The position numbers and the translations under genes were made by a program. DNA of 64,000 nt, from the NCBI GenBank assembly GCA_963776345.1, contig CAVZMH010000003.1:96001-160000 (forward strand), given 5' to 3'. The notes beneath the pieces were generated by a model that was given only the letters and a program-made list of their open reading frames with translations, was not told the origin of the DNA and made no database searches. Shown here in pieces: positions 10,901-18,366 of the stretch. The stretch comes from an uncultured delta proteobacterium. Its GTDB lineage: Bacteria; Myxococcota; Myxococcia; Myxococcales; Myxococcaceae. The first letter of the stretch is position 1. Each line of letters begins with the position of its first letter.

Positions 10901-11228
10901 GGAGCGCCAGGCGCTGGAATCGGTGATGACCGAGCCGTTCCGGGCGGCCCTGGCCCGGTTGGTCCCCGAGGTGCTGCGCCGGTCCGAGGGCGACCCGGTC
11001 CGGGAATACCTGGAGGGGGCAGAGCTGACCGGGGTCCGCTGTGCGCTGTTCACCGCGGGCGACCTCGAGGCGGTGAAGAAGCTCGTCCAGGGTGAAACCG
11101 GCTCCAGCTATCGCGTCGCGGGCAAGGTGAAGATCCGCGAGCTGATGACCTTCGCGGTCTCCGAGGACCTCGCCGCGCTCCGGATGGCGGTGGGAACCAA
11201 CGTCGAGGTCCCCACCCGGAAGTCCTGA
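1941..11228 (+). CDS. agmK: Giant TPR-repeat protein, adventurous gliding motility AgmK/GltI-like (3095 aa)
   Basis: Continuous TPR-like repeats; AGGGAGG RBS 8 nt before the TTG start; immediately upstream of an agmX/gltJ-like gene, as in Myxococcus. Confidence 0.75.
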   Translation: MGTGADSVKAYSAVLHKKPNDAEALAALEALLKDETVRAEAARALIPAYEAVKEHRKLVAALDLVAEMTQDQLERVLALQQAAHVHLHHLRQPELAFAALSRALRLSPADPNLRTAARRAAEDADAMDGFANVLKELVGRPDVEPPARVALHRELADVQEKKLDDRRGAIGQLEAVLALEPGNGDALRALQRLLRATDDWHRLVPVLDTLAGVVPDPAERLALLREMALLLEGKLEDREAAAAAWRRVSEADPLNREAVSALDRLYTALGKFENLAFALELRRAQEGQSPQGREATFRLAQLRRDKLQDFGGALQLLGQVLSEDPGHTATVDLLEAWARSHDPDSRSALETLDPVLTRSGQHARRVAIREARMADALTDEKIRLSQEIRSIQERDMGQPQRAFVAAGQAFAANVDRAGSRADLERLARVTGSYEELADVYEQVAAGNRGADPDKIACLRRAAELREHLAQSDEAIKDWQALLADAPQDRQALDALGKLFEHTKNAKQLSDVTLRKAQLAADPHERRTLLLKAGEALEAAADDARAIDAYKEALALRRGADGLEALDRLYARGRRFEEQADVLSQLAASTTGEVQKAHLLRRAQLLEREKELPAAVEGYARLLAVAPTEPNAVAGLERLMELPDVRPDAARLLEPVYRSLNDVRHLVEVLEIRLAGASPQDRLPLLEEIANLRETLGEKDLAFAARARSFSEVPESPEAREQLERLAAETGAFEELAAAYQDQLERGVTNATSTELWRRLAVLWSERLDRMDLAVRAYEELARREPRNVAVLESLARIHTRAGEARELAAVMKRMVMAEPSPPKQIDLLFRLGTLAEETLSDKQLAAQCYGEILARKPDDEDAIKFLGKVLTESERWPELASLIVREIQLADSSGRHEEMYDLMVRLGRLRIARLRDPRGGLDIFEDVLRRKQGHAGAIGALEEMARSDSPLRGEAAEALEPIFTSGGDHLRLVQMLESRASTEPVAEERAALLRKVAKLYAGPMQNGDLAFVSASRALRELPDEEASLSLVVALAERASHGGEELASLLEEILPRASEDAARVAILRALGKAQEKLGHQAEAIDAWRRVLEVAPSDGEAMGFLVRLYQAAGRAPELLEIYKRQLSISEEPAVRAALLFQIAGLQDSAVHDTVGAMATLRRLLELKPDDAQALEKLDALCEKQERWPELADVIGRRLALPGGDLDLDLRLRLAVVRETRLHDKIGALELYGQILSAQPKHPGALAQLEAWAKREPQNKPLVEVLLGAYRVTGEQAKLAGLLELRVGASPDPFERRQLLIELAGLHEAGHDPAGVFGALARAFQEDPNDAALRARLGKAADAARAHEALAHLYEEELPRIAETKDAAAALLELGGLYEQHLSNPARAIEVLERARTLDAATSLPALTALSRLYGQAGRSDRLVESLDELEKLTPDGNERVQILFRLGQVAQDELEDEPRAADAFERLLAIDKTHLPAARLLESIYERSGTPDRLFNVLRIQRDLTSGPERERILAKMVKVSAEGLADLEASIELYSELFKKNPKSDQAFGALEQALEKAGRWEDLRALLAGKIPQTADPRELVRLNEKLGVVLYRQLGRAEEAIAPLRTALERDARNRNALETLRDIDEQLGRREELVAVLRRLIPLQEAPEGVKALRIRLAEVLGEMSRREEALDAARRSLEIEPHTVADLDRVGKLFLGLRAFGDAVRALELKAEVWQLLEEKDGVIAALFEIAEVWIGQAGKPEQAAPILERVLEFDPANRNAYERVLSLYSDAGDWRAYAQAVDRYLPNLVTDEDKIKALRELGRIREQKLGQKDGAFLALCRALQLDASDDSLREDVERLAQETGSFEELAAVYEQVADELPKGPLAERLYLVLARVQDRNLDDPGEAEAALRKILEFDPTNASALDAMAQMFGRRGRDRELIVSLEQKLEAAPSIEARKTILREVARIHLERLKDPEEAANALIRALELEADVETLAELARLYREQHMWGDLAATLARTRDLLPTAEERARMQVQVAEVQEREIGDEEAAVEAYREALALDPRNKEALEALERLYTRLDRPADLLAIYERQLELTEDYREKVKILFHSAAIWEDRYQNAANADACIDGVLALDPTSLQAIKALERLRRAQGRWEDLVGVLERHIQLATDTQEQADIMVEAGEVLRTHLHQTDKAADAFQAALQVFPGHTPALHALGTLYERSGNWPFALEMLHQEAQELGRDPRAVEVLHRMGKINEDMLQDVSSAKACYAEALRIDPDYLPSLQAVRGIYENEQDWDSYEQTLVAEARATDEASAKARAYLAIARYHSERREDPDSAMHWYEEAIKLDPELADAALPLSDIYLARERWEPAEQMLEVVIRSFKGRLATEQDDALSKDLCRQVYRMGYVQEKLGRRDRALAAYEEAYQLDATYLPALEGYGNLLVQSGRHDQALKVFQTILIHHREDLTDLEIVELYWQIGEVHIALKQHDRAQNHFEKALAIDPGHEPSLRALIQLADGAGRWDRSAEYRQALVGVLEGEPKAEAALELGQLARDRLRDPHTAIDAYAQALRIRPQSLEVMDALYVLYRETRQPGKAAEVLETMLGQPELQADAQRAKRVWFALGESLRDELRDTGRAVEAFNAALDLDPQFLEAFGAIEAMLGAAKEWKQLEENYARMIQRLPKTDETEPARMALWRALGDLYLQVLKQPESALMAYQVSAAGLPDDAPVQETYAELLLQSSGNEEKAVQALRLALAHTQNPKKVASQLAELAARRKDYDGAWLAAQVVAGLLGDPGPAEKEIISKLGPYAKKRETPRATLNDRSWAQHLLHPRVRTPFAELMGLLFQGAGQLSAVPLAQAQLVPKKHRIDVATAQEYQIHHYRAVARLLGLEAVELFSPFLVATRDKLAKRSMEPAPDPLLAVEIVHAHPVCLKVGGKFFGDPQAKDTHAQLGRTLALLRPELIFASRFSPERLAAVFQGAVLLAGFQMRWTAQAGAIEAERQALESVMTEPFRAALARLVPEVLRRSEGDPVREYLEGAELTGVRCALFTAGDLEAVKKLVQGETGSSYRVAGKVKIRELMTFAVSEDLAALRMAVGTNVEVPTRKS

Positions 11229-11305
11229 GCGCCTCCTCGTGCGTTCCTTGACCAGGCCGGGGGGCGACCTCTACGCTCGTCGGCTGGGCAACCCCGCCAA
11301 CTTCC

Positions 11306-13078
11306 ATGCGCTTCGTCTGCGACAGCTGCCGCGCTCAGTACATGATTCCCGACGAAAAGGTCGGGGAACGGGGGGTCAAGGTCCGTTGCAAGAAGTGCGG
11401 GAACGTCATCGTCGTCCGCCGTCCGTCGGACGCGGCGAGCGAGGCGGACGCCGCGCTGCGAGGGCTGGAGGAGCAGGCCCCGCCCGCCGCGGGTCCCGAG
11501 ACGCCCTCCGGGGAGACCTCCATCTTCAGCGACGTCGACGATGCGGAGATTGGCGCGGCGTTCGAGAGCGCGCTCGGCGAGCGGCAGGAGGAGCCACCGC
11601 CGCCGGAGCCCGATGAGTCGCACGACCAGGTGGAGGCGAACCTGCCGCCGCTCAGCGACGGGCCTCCCCGGCCGCTCGACTGGTACGTGGCCATCGACGA
11701 GAAGCAGACCGGCCCGCTGACCCCGGAGGCGATCAAGGACCACTGGGATCGCGGGGAAATCGGGCCCGACAGCCTGACCTGGCGCCAGGGCTTCGAGGAC
11801 TGGGTGCCGCTGTCCGAGGTCTCCGAGCTCGCGGCCTGGCTCGCTCCGCGTCCGCAGCGGCCGGTGTTCTCGCCGACGTCGGCGACCTCCGGCCCGGTGC
11901 CGGTGGTGCCGGTGCCGGTGGAGTCGGCGTTCAGCGCCGGGGGGATGATGCGCACGGTCCGGTCCGAGGTGCCCACCCCGGTGCCGGACGCGGGCGGCTG
12001 GAAGCCCTCGGCGTCGGCCGCGCTGGCCAGCCTGGTCAAGGAGGAGATCGACGCGCTCTCCAGGCCCGACGCTCCGCCGCCTGCGCCCGAGCCGGTCGCC
12101 TCCCCGCGGGGGCTGCTCGAGGTGCCGCCTCCGACCGGTGAGATCCCGGCGTCGAGCGTGAACGGCCGACCTTCCCGCGCCGAGGCACGGACGCCGGTCA
12201 CCGCGGTGGAGCGGCCGCCCACCTTCACCCCGGCGTATCCCTACGCCACGCGCCCGGTGAAGCCCGAGGGCAACAAGGGGGTCCTCATCGGGATCGGGGT
12301 GGCGGTCGCGGTGGTGCTCGCCGCGGTGGGCGGTGGTGGCTGGTACCTGCTCCAGCGCCAGAAGGCCGCCGAGCTCGCCGCCCGCCAGGGACCGCCCCAG
12401 GTGGAGCCGCCGAGGACGGTGACCCCGCCACCGGCGCAGCCGCCGCAGGTCGCCCAGCCGCCGCCGGCCACCGCCACCCCGCCGGCCACCACCTCCCTGA
12501 CCCCTCCGGTCCCCCCCCCGGTGGCGAAGGTCACCCCCGCGGTGCCGCCCGGCGAGTCCACCGGGACGCGGCGCGGCGGCAGCCGTGGCTCCCGGTCCCA
12601 CAAGTCGGGCGGTGGCGAGGAGGTCGCGTCCGCCGACTCGCCGAAGAGCTCGGGCGGTAACAAGAACAAGGCGGACGACCTCTTCGACGAGGTCTTCGGC
12701 ACCGGCGGCGGCTCCAAGTCCGACGAGAGCAAGGGCAGCAAGAAGTCCGCCTACGTCCCGCCCGCGCCTGGCGCGTCCAGCACCGACGTGCCGGACCGGC
12801 TCCCCAAGGGCGACATCATGTCGGTGGTGCTGGCGAACAAGCCGTCGATCGTGCGCTGCGTGAACGAGCAGAAGGCACGCGACTCCAACCTGCACGGCAC
12901 GCTGGTGATGCACTGGGTCATCCAGACCTCGGGGAAGACCGCCTCGGTCAACGCGGTCACTGACCAGTTCAGGTCGTCCTACATGGCCACCTGTCTCACC
13001 GGTCTGGTGAAGTCCTGGAACTTCCCCAAGCACAAGTACCAGCCGGGCGAGCCGGTGGACTTTCCCTTCACCTTCTAG
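11306..13078 (+). CDS. agmX: Gliding motility protein AgmX/GltJ-like (Zn-ribbon, GYF-like domain, TM helix, Pro-rich linker, C-terminal AgmX/TonB-C-like domain)
   Basis: MRFVCDSCRAQY...VKVRCKKCG zinc ribbon; WYVAIDEKQTGP..WRQGFEDW GYF_2-like segment; single TM; C-terminal ..WNFPK..FPFTF. Confidence 0.85.
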   Translation: MRFVCDSCRAQYMIPDEKVGERGVKVRCKKCGNVIVVRRPSDAASEADAALRGLEEQAPPAAGPETPSGETSIFSDVDDAEIGAAFESALGERQEEPPPPEPDESHDQVEANLPPLSDGPPRPLDWYVAIDEKQTGPLTPEAIKDHWDRGEIGPDSLTWRQGFEDWVPLSEVSELAAWLAPRPQRPVFSPTSATSGPVPVVPVPVESAFSAGGMMRTVRSEVPTPVPDAGGWKPSASAALASLVKEEIDALSRPDAPPPAPEPVASPRGLLEVPPPTGEIPASSVNGRPSRAEARTPVTAVERPPTFTPAYPYATRPVKPEGNKGVLIGIGVAVAVVLAAVGGGGWYLLQRQKAAELAARQGPPQVEPPRTVTPPPAQPPQVAQPPPATATPPATTSLTPPVPPPVAKVTPAVPPGESTGTRRGGSRGSRSHKSGGGEEVASADSPKSSGGNKNKADDLFDEVFGTGGGSKSDESKGSKKSAYVPPAPGASSTDVPDRLPKGDIMSVVLANKPSIVRCVNEQKARDSNLHGTLVMHWVIQTSGKTASVNAVTDQFRSSYMATCLTGLVKSWNFPKHKYQPGEPVDFPFTF

Positions 13079-13103
13079 GTTGGTAAGGGCGCGCCGCCCC
13101 CCA

Positions 13104-14219
13104 ATGCGCCTCCCGATCGAGCCCAAGCTCCCGGATCTTCCCGTCCGCTCCGTGGCCGAGATGGGCCTCAAGGAGCTGGAGCGGGTACGCCTCATCCTCC
13201 GGGGGGGCTCGGTCGTCGACTGGCGCCGGTTGCACTTCCGGAACCGGGACGAGGTGGACCGCTTCCTCCGTCTGTGCGGGGTGGACCTGACGCACCACGC
13301 GGACGAGACCTGGGCGCGGCTGGTGCTGTCGGACGCGGTGGAGTACCTGCGCCGGACCTTCTCCTACCGGGTGGCGGATGCAGTGGCGCAGCCGGCGGAG
13401 ATCCACGACCTGTTCCTCTACGCCTCGGGGGTGAAGGAGCCGCACCGGTTCCGGCGGATCGCCTGCATCGTGCTGAAGGTCATGCACGTGGTGCAGCACA
13501 TCGAGGGGCGGGATCTCCTGTTCCGCCTGGCCGTCTCGGAGGCGGACCTCTCGCGGATGGCGACCGCCAAGGTGAACGGGGTGCTGGCGGAGGCGCGGGA
13601 AAAGGGGCTCCCGATCCTCGACTACAGCCCCTCGGTGAAGACCCGCGAGTCGCTGATCACCAAGCTGCTGGCGAAGAAGGAGACCGTGGCGGCGCAGGTC
13701 TACGACAAGACGCGCTTCCGGATCGTCACCCCGACGCGGGCGGACATCCTCCCGGTGCTCTACTTCCTGACCCAGCGCCTGTTCCCCTTCAACTTCGTGG
13801 TTCCGGGGCAGACCGAGAACACGCTGCTCCCCTTCAAGTCGCTCCTGCGTGAGTTCCCGCACTTCCGCGCCCACGCCCACGAGCTCCACCTCGATCCGGA
13901 CTTCGAGGACCGCGAGGGCGCGGGCGGCAACGAGTTCAGCGGGAGCGGGTACAAGGTGCTCAACTTCGTGGTGGACGTGCCGCTCCGGCTCGACGAGTGG
14001 CTGCCGCCCCCGGAGCTGGACCGCCGCGAGCGGAAGGGCCGGATCGGCTACACCCTGGTCGAGTTCCAGATGCTGGACGTGCATACCGCCGAGCTGAACG
14101 AGCGGGGCGAGAACGCCCACGCCCGGTACAAACACCGGCAGAAGCTCCGCGTCTTGCGGCGTCTGTCGCGCGGCCTGGTGGTACCCCGCGGCGAGGACCC
14201 GCCCGGCGAGGCCGAGTAG
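13104..14219 (+). CDS. TIGR04552-like myxobacterial protein with a RelA/SpoT synthetase-like nucleotidyltransferase segment
   Basis: LRGGSVVDWRRL N-terminus; SVKTRESLITKL, YDKTRFRIV, SGYKVLNFVV and VEFQ motifs. Confidence 0.7.
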   Translation: MRLPIEPKLPDLPVRSVAEMGLKELERVRLILRGGSVVDWRRLHFRNRDEVDRFLRLCGVDLTHHADETWARLVLSDAVEYLRRTFSYRVADAVAQPAEIHDLFLYASGVKEPHRFRRIACIVLKVMHVVQHIEGRDLLFRLAVSEADLSRMATAKVNGVLAEAREKGLPILDYSPSVKTRESLITKLLAKKETVAAQVYDKTRFRIVTPTRADILPVLYFLTQRLFPFNFVVPGQTENTLLPFKSLLREFPHFRAHAHELHLDPDFEDREGAGGNEFSGSGYKVLNFVVDVPLRLDEWLPPPELDRRERKGRIGYTLVEFQMLDVHTAELNERGENAHARYKHRQKLRVLRRLSRGLVVPRGEDPPGEAE

Positions 14220-14236
14220 GGCAGGGCGCCCAGCGC

Positions 14237-15868
14237 CTAGCGGCGCTTCCGGTTCTTCTTCCGCGCCTGCCGCTCGCGCTTCCGCTTGTCCTTGAGCGCG
14301 TCGCGGTCCACCGGCTTGCTCATCGGAGCGTCCGAGTAGCCCATCAGCCGGGCCCGGGCCATCGCCGCCTGTCCCATGGGCGCGGAGTAGCCGGGAGCGA
14401 CCTGGGGGATCTGCATCGGCATGCCCCCGCCGCCGAGGGCCTGCTCCATCATCTTCGCGTCCTTCCCGAAGACCTGGGAGAGGTCCATGTTCTTCATTCG
14501 CGACAGCTGCCCCAGTTGCTTGAAGCCGGGGATGCGGCCGAGGAGCCCGGGGTTCTGGCCCACCGCGCCCATCACCTGCTGCATCATCTGGTGCTTCCCG
14601 AGCAGCTCCTGGACCTCCTGCTTCTTCCGTCCGGAGCCGCGGGCGATGCGCGCCATCCGGCTGTCGTCGATCAGCGTCGGGCGGAGCCGCTCGGTCTCGG
14701 TCATCGAGTCGTACATCGCCTCGATCTTCCCGAGCTCCTTCTCGTCCGGGTTCAGCTGCTCGGTCATCTCGCCGAAGATGGGGAACTTCTCCAGCAGGTC
14801 CTTGAGCGGGCCCATCTTCCGCACGGTGCGGATCTGCTCGACGAAGTCCTTCATCGAGAAGCTGCCCGAGAGGAGCTTCTTCGCGTCCTCCTCGGCCTTC
14901 TTCTCGTCGACGACCTGCTCGAAGTCCTGCACCAGGCCGACGATGTCGCCGAAGCCCAGGATGCGGCTGGCGAGCCCATCGGGCCGGAACTCCTCGAGCT
15001 TGTCCAGCGACTCGCCCATGCCCAGGAACTTGATGGGCTTGCCGGTGACCTCCTTGATCGACAGCGCCGCGCCGCCGCGGGCGTCGCCGTCGAGCTTGGT
15101 GAGGATGAACCCGTCGAGCGCGAGCCGCCGGTCGAACTCCGCCGCGGTCCGCACTGCGTCCTGGCCGATCATCGCGTCGCAGACCAGCAAGATGTCGTCC
15201 GGCTGGACCGCGGCCTTGATGAGGTTCAGCTCGTTCATCAGCTGCTCGTCGATGGCCAGCCGGCCGGCGGTGTCCACCAGCACCACATCGCACTTCTGCG
15301 CCCGGGCGGCCTCCACGCCCTTCACCGCCAGGTCCGGGGGCAGGGTGTCCGGCTGGAAGAACACCGGCACGCCCAGCCGCTCACCGAGGATCTGGAGCTG
15401 GTCCACCGCGGCGGGGCGGTAGATGTCCGCGGCGACCAGCAGCGGCCGCTTGCCCTTCTTCTGGAGGTGGCTGGCCAGCTTTCCGACGGTGGTGGTCTTC
15501 CCCGAGCCCTGGAGGCCGACCAGCATCATCGTGGTCACCCCGCCCTTGGGCTTGAACTTCAGCGAGGTGTCCACGGGGCCCATCAGGGCCTCGAGCTCGT
15601 CGTGGCAGATCTTGATGAAGTGGTCGCCGCCCGAGAGCTTGTGCTTGCGGCCCTTCTTGTCGGTGACGGTGGTCTCGACGGTCGCGCCGACGGCCTTCTC
15701 CCGGACGCGGGCGACGAAGGACTTCACGACGTCGAAGGCGACGTCCGCCTCGAGGAGCGAGACGCGGATGTCGCGAAGCGACTCGTCGACGAGCTCGGGG
15801 GTGATCTCCTGCCTCCCGGCGAGCCGGTTCCTGGCCGCCCGGAAGCCCTTGGTGACGGTTTCCAGCAT
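14237..15868 (-). CDS. ffh: Signal recognition particle protein Ffh
   Basis: GLQGSGKTTT, DIYRPAA, DTAGR, TKLDGDARGG motifs; Met-rich M domain; probable start MLETVTKGF. Confidence 0.97.
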   Translation of the reverse strand: MLETVTKGFRAARNRLAGRQEITPELVDESLRDIRVSLLEADVAFDVVKSFVARVREKAVGATVETTVTDKKGRKHKLSGGDHFIKICHDELEALMGPVDTSLKFKPKGGVTTMMLVGLQGSGKTTTVGKLASHLQKKGKRPLLVAADIYRPAAVDQLQILGERLGVPVFFQPDTLPPDLAVKGVEAARAQKCDVVLVDTAGRLAIDEQLMNELNLIKAAVQPDDILLVCDAMIGQDAVRTAAEFDRRLALDGFILTKLDGDARGGAALSIKEVTGKPIKFLGMGESLDKLEEFRPDGLASRILGFGDIVGLVQDFEQVVDEKKAEEDAKKLLSGSFSMKDFVEQIRTVRKMGPLKDLLEKFPIFGEMTEQLNPDEKELGKIEAMYDSMTETERLRPTLIDDSRMARIARGSGRKKQEVQELLGKHQMMQQVMGAVGQNPGLLGRIPGFKQLGQLSRMKNMDLSQVFGKDAKMMEQALGGGGMPMQIPQVAPGYSAPMGQAAMARARLMGYSDAPMSKPVDRDALKDKRKRERQARKKNRKRR

Positions 15869-15984
15869 GGGGGGAATCGTCTTTAGCACCGGCCCCGGCC
15901 CGGTGGGGTCCCGCCGAGTCCTCCTTGCGTGCCCCCCACCCGACCGGGTGACATCGCCCATGGGGACGGATCCGAGGAGGGTGC

Positions 15985-16632
15985 ATGCGGAGATGGCTGC
16001 TGCTGGGTGGAGTCCTGCTGCTCGCGGTGCCCGCGCGCGCGGAGGACAGCCCGGATGACGACCCGGCGAAGTTCCGGGTGGGCGTCAACCTCGGCATCGT
16101 CAGCATCCCGCGGTTGATCAACGTCGAGGGCTACGCCCGGGTCCACCCGTACATCGGCATCAGCGGCGGCTGGAGCACCTTCCCCAAGTTCGCCTCGGAC
16201 GCGGTGCTGAAGTGGGCCGGCGCGAAGAGCGACACCACCGATGCCAACCTCAACCAGTTCTCGGCGTGGGAGGTCGCGCTCCGCGTCTACCCGATGCGCG
16301 GAGTCTTCTTCCTCGGGGTGGGCTTCGGGCAACAGGTCGTGGACGGAGACGTGACCGAGCTGCAGGCGGGCGTCCCCTTCGGAGCGACCGCGCTCGCCCG
16401 GGTGGAGAGCTGGGTCATCACCCCGCGGATCGGCTGGCAGTGGGTGTGGCGCAGCGGGTTCGCGATGGGAGTCGACCTGGGCGTCCAGTTCGTCCTGAGC
16501 CACAAGGACACCCTGGTGGTGCCGCCCGGAACCCCGGCGGACGTGGAGCAGGACGCCCGCGATCTCATCGACTTCGGCGCGAGCAAGCCGCTGCCGGTGA
16601 TCAACTTCCGCATCGGCTACCACTTCGGATAG
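15985..16632 (+). CDS. Secreted, probable outer-membrane beta-barrel protein
   Basis: Signal peptide (AVPARA); amphipathic beta strands; C-terminal NFRIGYHFG. Confidence 0.7.
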   Translation: MRRWLLLGGVLLLAVPARAEDSPDDDPAKFRVGVNLGIVSIPRLINVEGYARVHPYIGISGGWSTFPKFASDAVLKWAGAKSDTTDANLNQFSAWEVALRVYPMRGVFFLGVGFGQQVVDGDVTELQAGVPFGATALARVESWVITPRIGWQWVWRSGFAMGVDLGVQFVLSHKDTLVVPPGTPADVEQDARDLIDFGASKPLPVINFRIGYHFG

Positions 16633-16647
16633 CGCGGGGCCCGGGCG

Positions 16648-17241
16648 CTACGCCGTGGACATCAGCAGCGCCATGAGGATTCCGATGTTGATCGGCTGCC
16701 ACTCGAGGATGGTGGAGGGGAACTGGACGGTCACCGGGCTGATTCCACCGGCGCAGGACCGCGAGCCCACGTAGACCTCGCCGGAGCGCTTCAGGTCGTA
16801 GGCGCAGAACCCGATCTTCCCCTCGATGCGCTCGCCCGAGGCAGTCCAGCTGGACGTCCGTCCGGCGACCAGCCCGTTCATCTTCAGCTGTCCGCCCTCC
16901 TCGGCGACGTCGAGGGTCAGCGGCCCGGGCCCCCAGGTGCCCTGCGCGCGATTCCCGGAGACCGTGAGGTTGATCACCTGGCCCGAGGCCTTCCCCCGGA
17001 TGGCCTTGCCGTCCTCGTAGCGGCCCAGGTTGATCTGCGGACCCTGCGCTCCCTCACGGCTGATGAGCGCCGAGGTCTGGAAGCCAGAGCCGGTCATGGT
17101 GAAGCGCTGTTCCGGGCCCGTGGTCGCGGTCTGGAGCGTCGGCTTTCCAGCCGAGGCGCACGCGGCCACCACCAGGACGAGCGCCGGGGCGAATCCCCGG
17201 CCTGCGGGCCGCGGTTGCTGCTCGATGCGGAGGAACGGCAT
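16648..17241 (-). CDS. Hypothetical lipoprotein
   Basis: Lipobox-like LVVAAC; GC3-biased codons; beta-rich sequence. Confidence 0.65.
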   Translation of the reverse strand: MPFLRIEQQPRPAGRGFAPALVLVVAACASAGKPTLQTATTGPEQRFTMTGSGFQTSALISREGAQGPQINLGRYEDGKAIRGKASGQVINLTVSGNRAQGTWGPGPLTLDVAEEGGQLKMNGLVAGRTSSWTASGERIEGKIGFCAYDLKRSGEVYVGSRSCAGGISPVTVQFPSTILEWQPINIGILMALLMSTA

Positions 17242-17334
17242 GACCAGCCTCGCTTCCGACGTCGGACTCCCCTCGGCGCGACCATAGCCCGGACGCGCGG
17301 TCCAGGGCCGGGTAGTGTCCCCTGGAGGCCCCAG

Positions 17335-17420
17335 GCTCGGGTGGCGGAACCGGTAGACGCAGCGGACTTAAAATCCGCGAGCCCCCACGGGCTGTGAGGG
17401 TTCGACCCCCTCCCCGAGCA
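17335..17420 (+). tRNA. tRNA-Leu (anticodon TAA), CCA not encoded
   Basis: Acceptor stem GCTCGGG/CCCGAGC+A; D-loop GGCGGAACCGGTAGACGC; anticodon arm GCGGA-CTTAAAA-TCCGC; long variable arm; T arm GAGGG-TTCGACC-CCCTC. Confidence 0.95.
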
Positions 17421-17569
17421 CAGCGCGGCCTCGTTCACCGAGTCGCCTTCGGCGCCCCCTCCCGTGTGCAGTGTGGTTGCGTCTTCGGGGTACCGGGCGA
17501 GGCCCCCCCCGCCGGCCGGTGGGAGAGACTCCCGGTCGGGAGGCGCTGCGTCGCAGCATCATTGAATAC

Positions 17570-17604
17570 TTGCTCGCTCAACGAATCGAATCGTTGACAG
17601 ACAA
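17570..17604. promoter_or_regulatory. AT-rich operator/promoter region (TTGCTCGCTCAA box, TCAACGA-N6-TCGTTGA palindrome, TTGACA)
   Basis: Palindromes seen directly; a related element lies at 18917-18947. Confidence 0.45.
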
Positions 17605-17664
17605 TCGTCGGGGATCCGAGTGTTGCGGCTTCTCGTCGCTCACTCCCGGACCTGGAGCCTGCCC

Positions 17665-18366
17665 ATGCGAAATGCAGTCCTGATTGCAGCCGTCGCCCTC
17701 GCCACCGTCGCTCGCGCCGAGTACACCGAGGCGGCAGTCACCAACGGCGGAACGATCAGCGGTCGCGTCACCTACGACGGCACGCCACCGAAGCCCGAGA
17801 AGGTCACCGTCACCCAGGATCCCGGGACCTGCGGGACGTCGCGCGAGCTCGACGAGTGGCAGGTCTCCTCGTCAGGAGGGGTGAAGGACACGGTCGTCTA
17901 CCTGGTGGACATCAAGAGCGGGAAGAAGATGGACCTCCCGAGCAAGCCGACCCTCGACCAGAAGGGCTGCCGCTACGACCCGCACATGCAGATCATCGGT
18001 CAGAACGCGGACCTGCAGGTCAAGAACAGCGACCCGATCCTCCACAACATCCACTCGTACCAGGAGGGCCGGACCATCCTGAACCTCGCCGAGCCCAAGC
18101 AGGGGATGGTGGTGGAGAAGAAGATGAAGAAGTCTGGCGGTCAGTCGCTGAAGTGCGACGTCCACAACTTCATGCGCGGCGGGCTCTTCGTGGCGGAGAA
18201 TCCCTACGCGGTGGTCACTGACGCCGACGGCAAGTACGAGATCAAGGACGTCCCCCCCGGCACGTACCAGATCGCCGCCTTCCACGAGGTCGCCGGGACC
18301 AAGATGGGCACGGTCACCGTCCCCGCCGGGGGGAAGGCGTCCTACGACGCGAAGATCAAGAAGTGA
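17665..18366 (+). CDS. Secreted cupredoxin-like protein with a carboxypeptidase-regulatory-like domain
   Basis: Signal peptide; LDQKGCRYDP and NSDPILHNIH motifs; CDVHNFM with type-1 Cu-like C-x2-H-x2-M spacing; TDADGKYEIKDVPPGTY. Confidence 0.8.
   Translation: MRNAVLIAAVALATVARAEYTEAAVTNGGTISGRVTYDGTPPKPEKVTVTQDPGTCGTSRELDEWQVSSSGGVKDTVVYLVDIKSGKKMDLPSKPTLDQKGCRYDPHMQIIGQNADLQVKNSDPILHNIHSYQEGRTILNLAEPKQGMVVEKKMKKSGGQSLKCDVHNFMRGGLFVAENPYAVVTDADGKYEIKDVPPGTYQIAAFHEVAGTKMGTVTVPAGGKASYDAKIKK

Noticed and set aside
12390..12560. C-rich low-complexity tract including a C9 run
   Set aside because: Encodes the Pro-rich linker of AgmX/GltJ with the frame intact; no evidence of phase variation.
17335..17560. 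Integrative element or prophage at tRNA-Leu
   Set aside because: No integrase, phage gene or duplicated tRNA 3' end found in the window.
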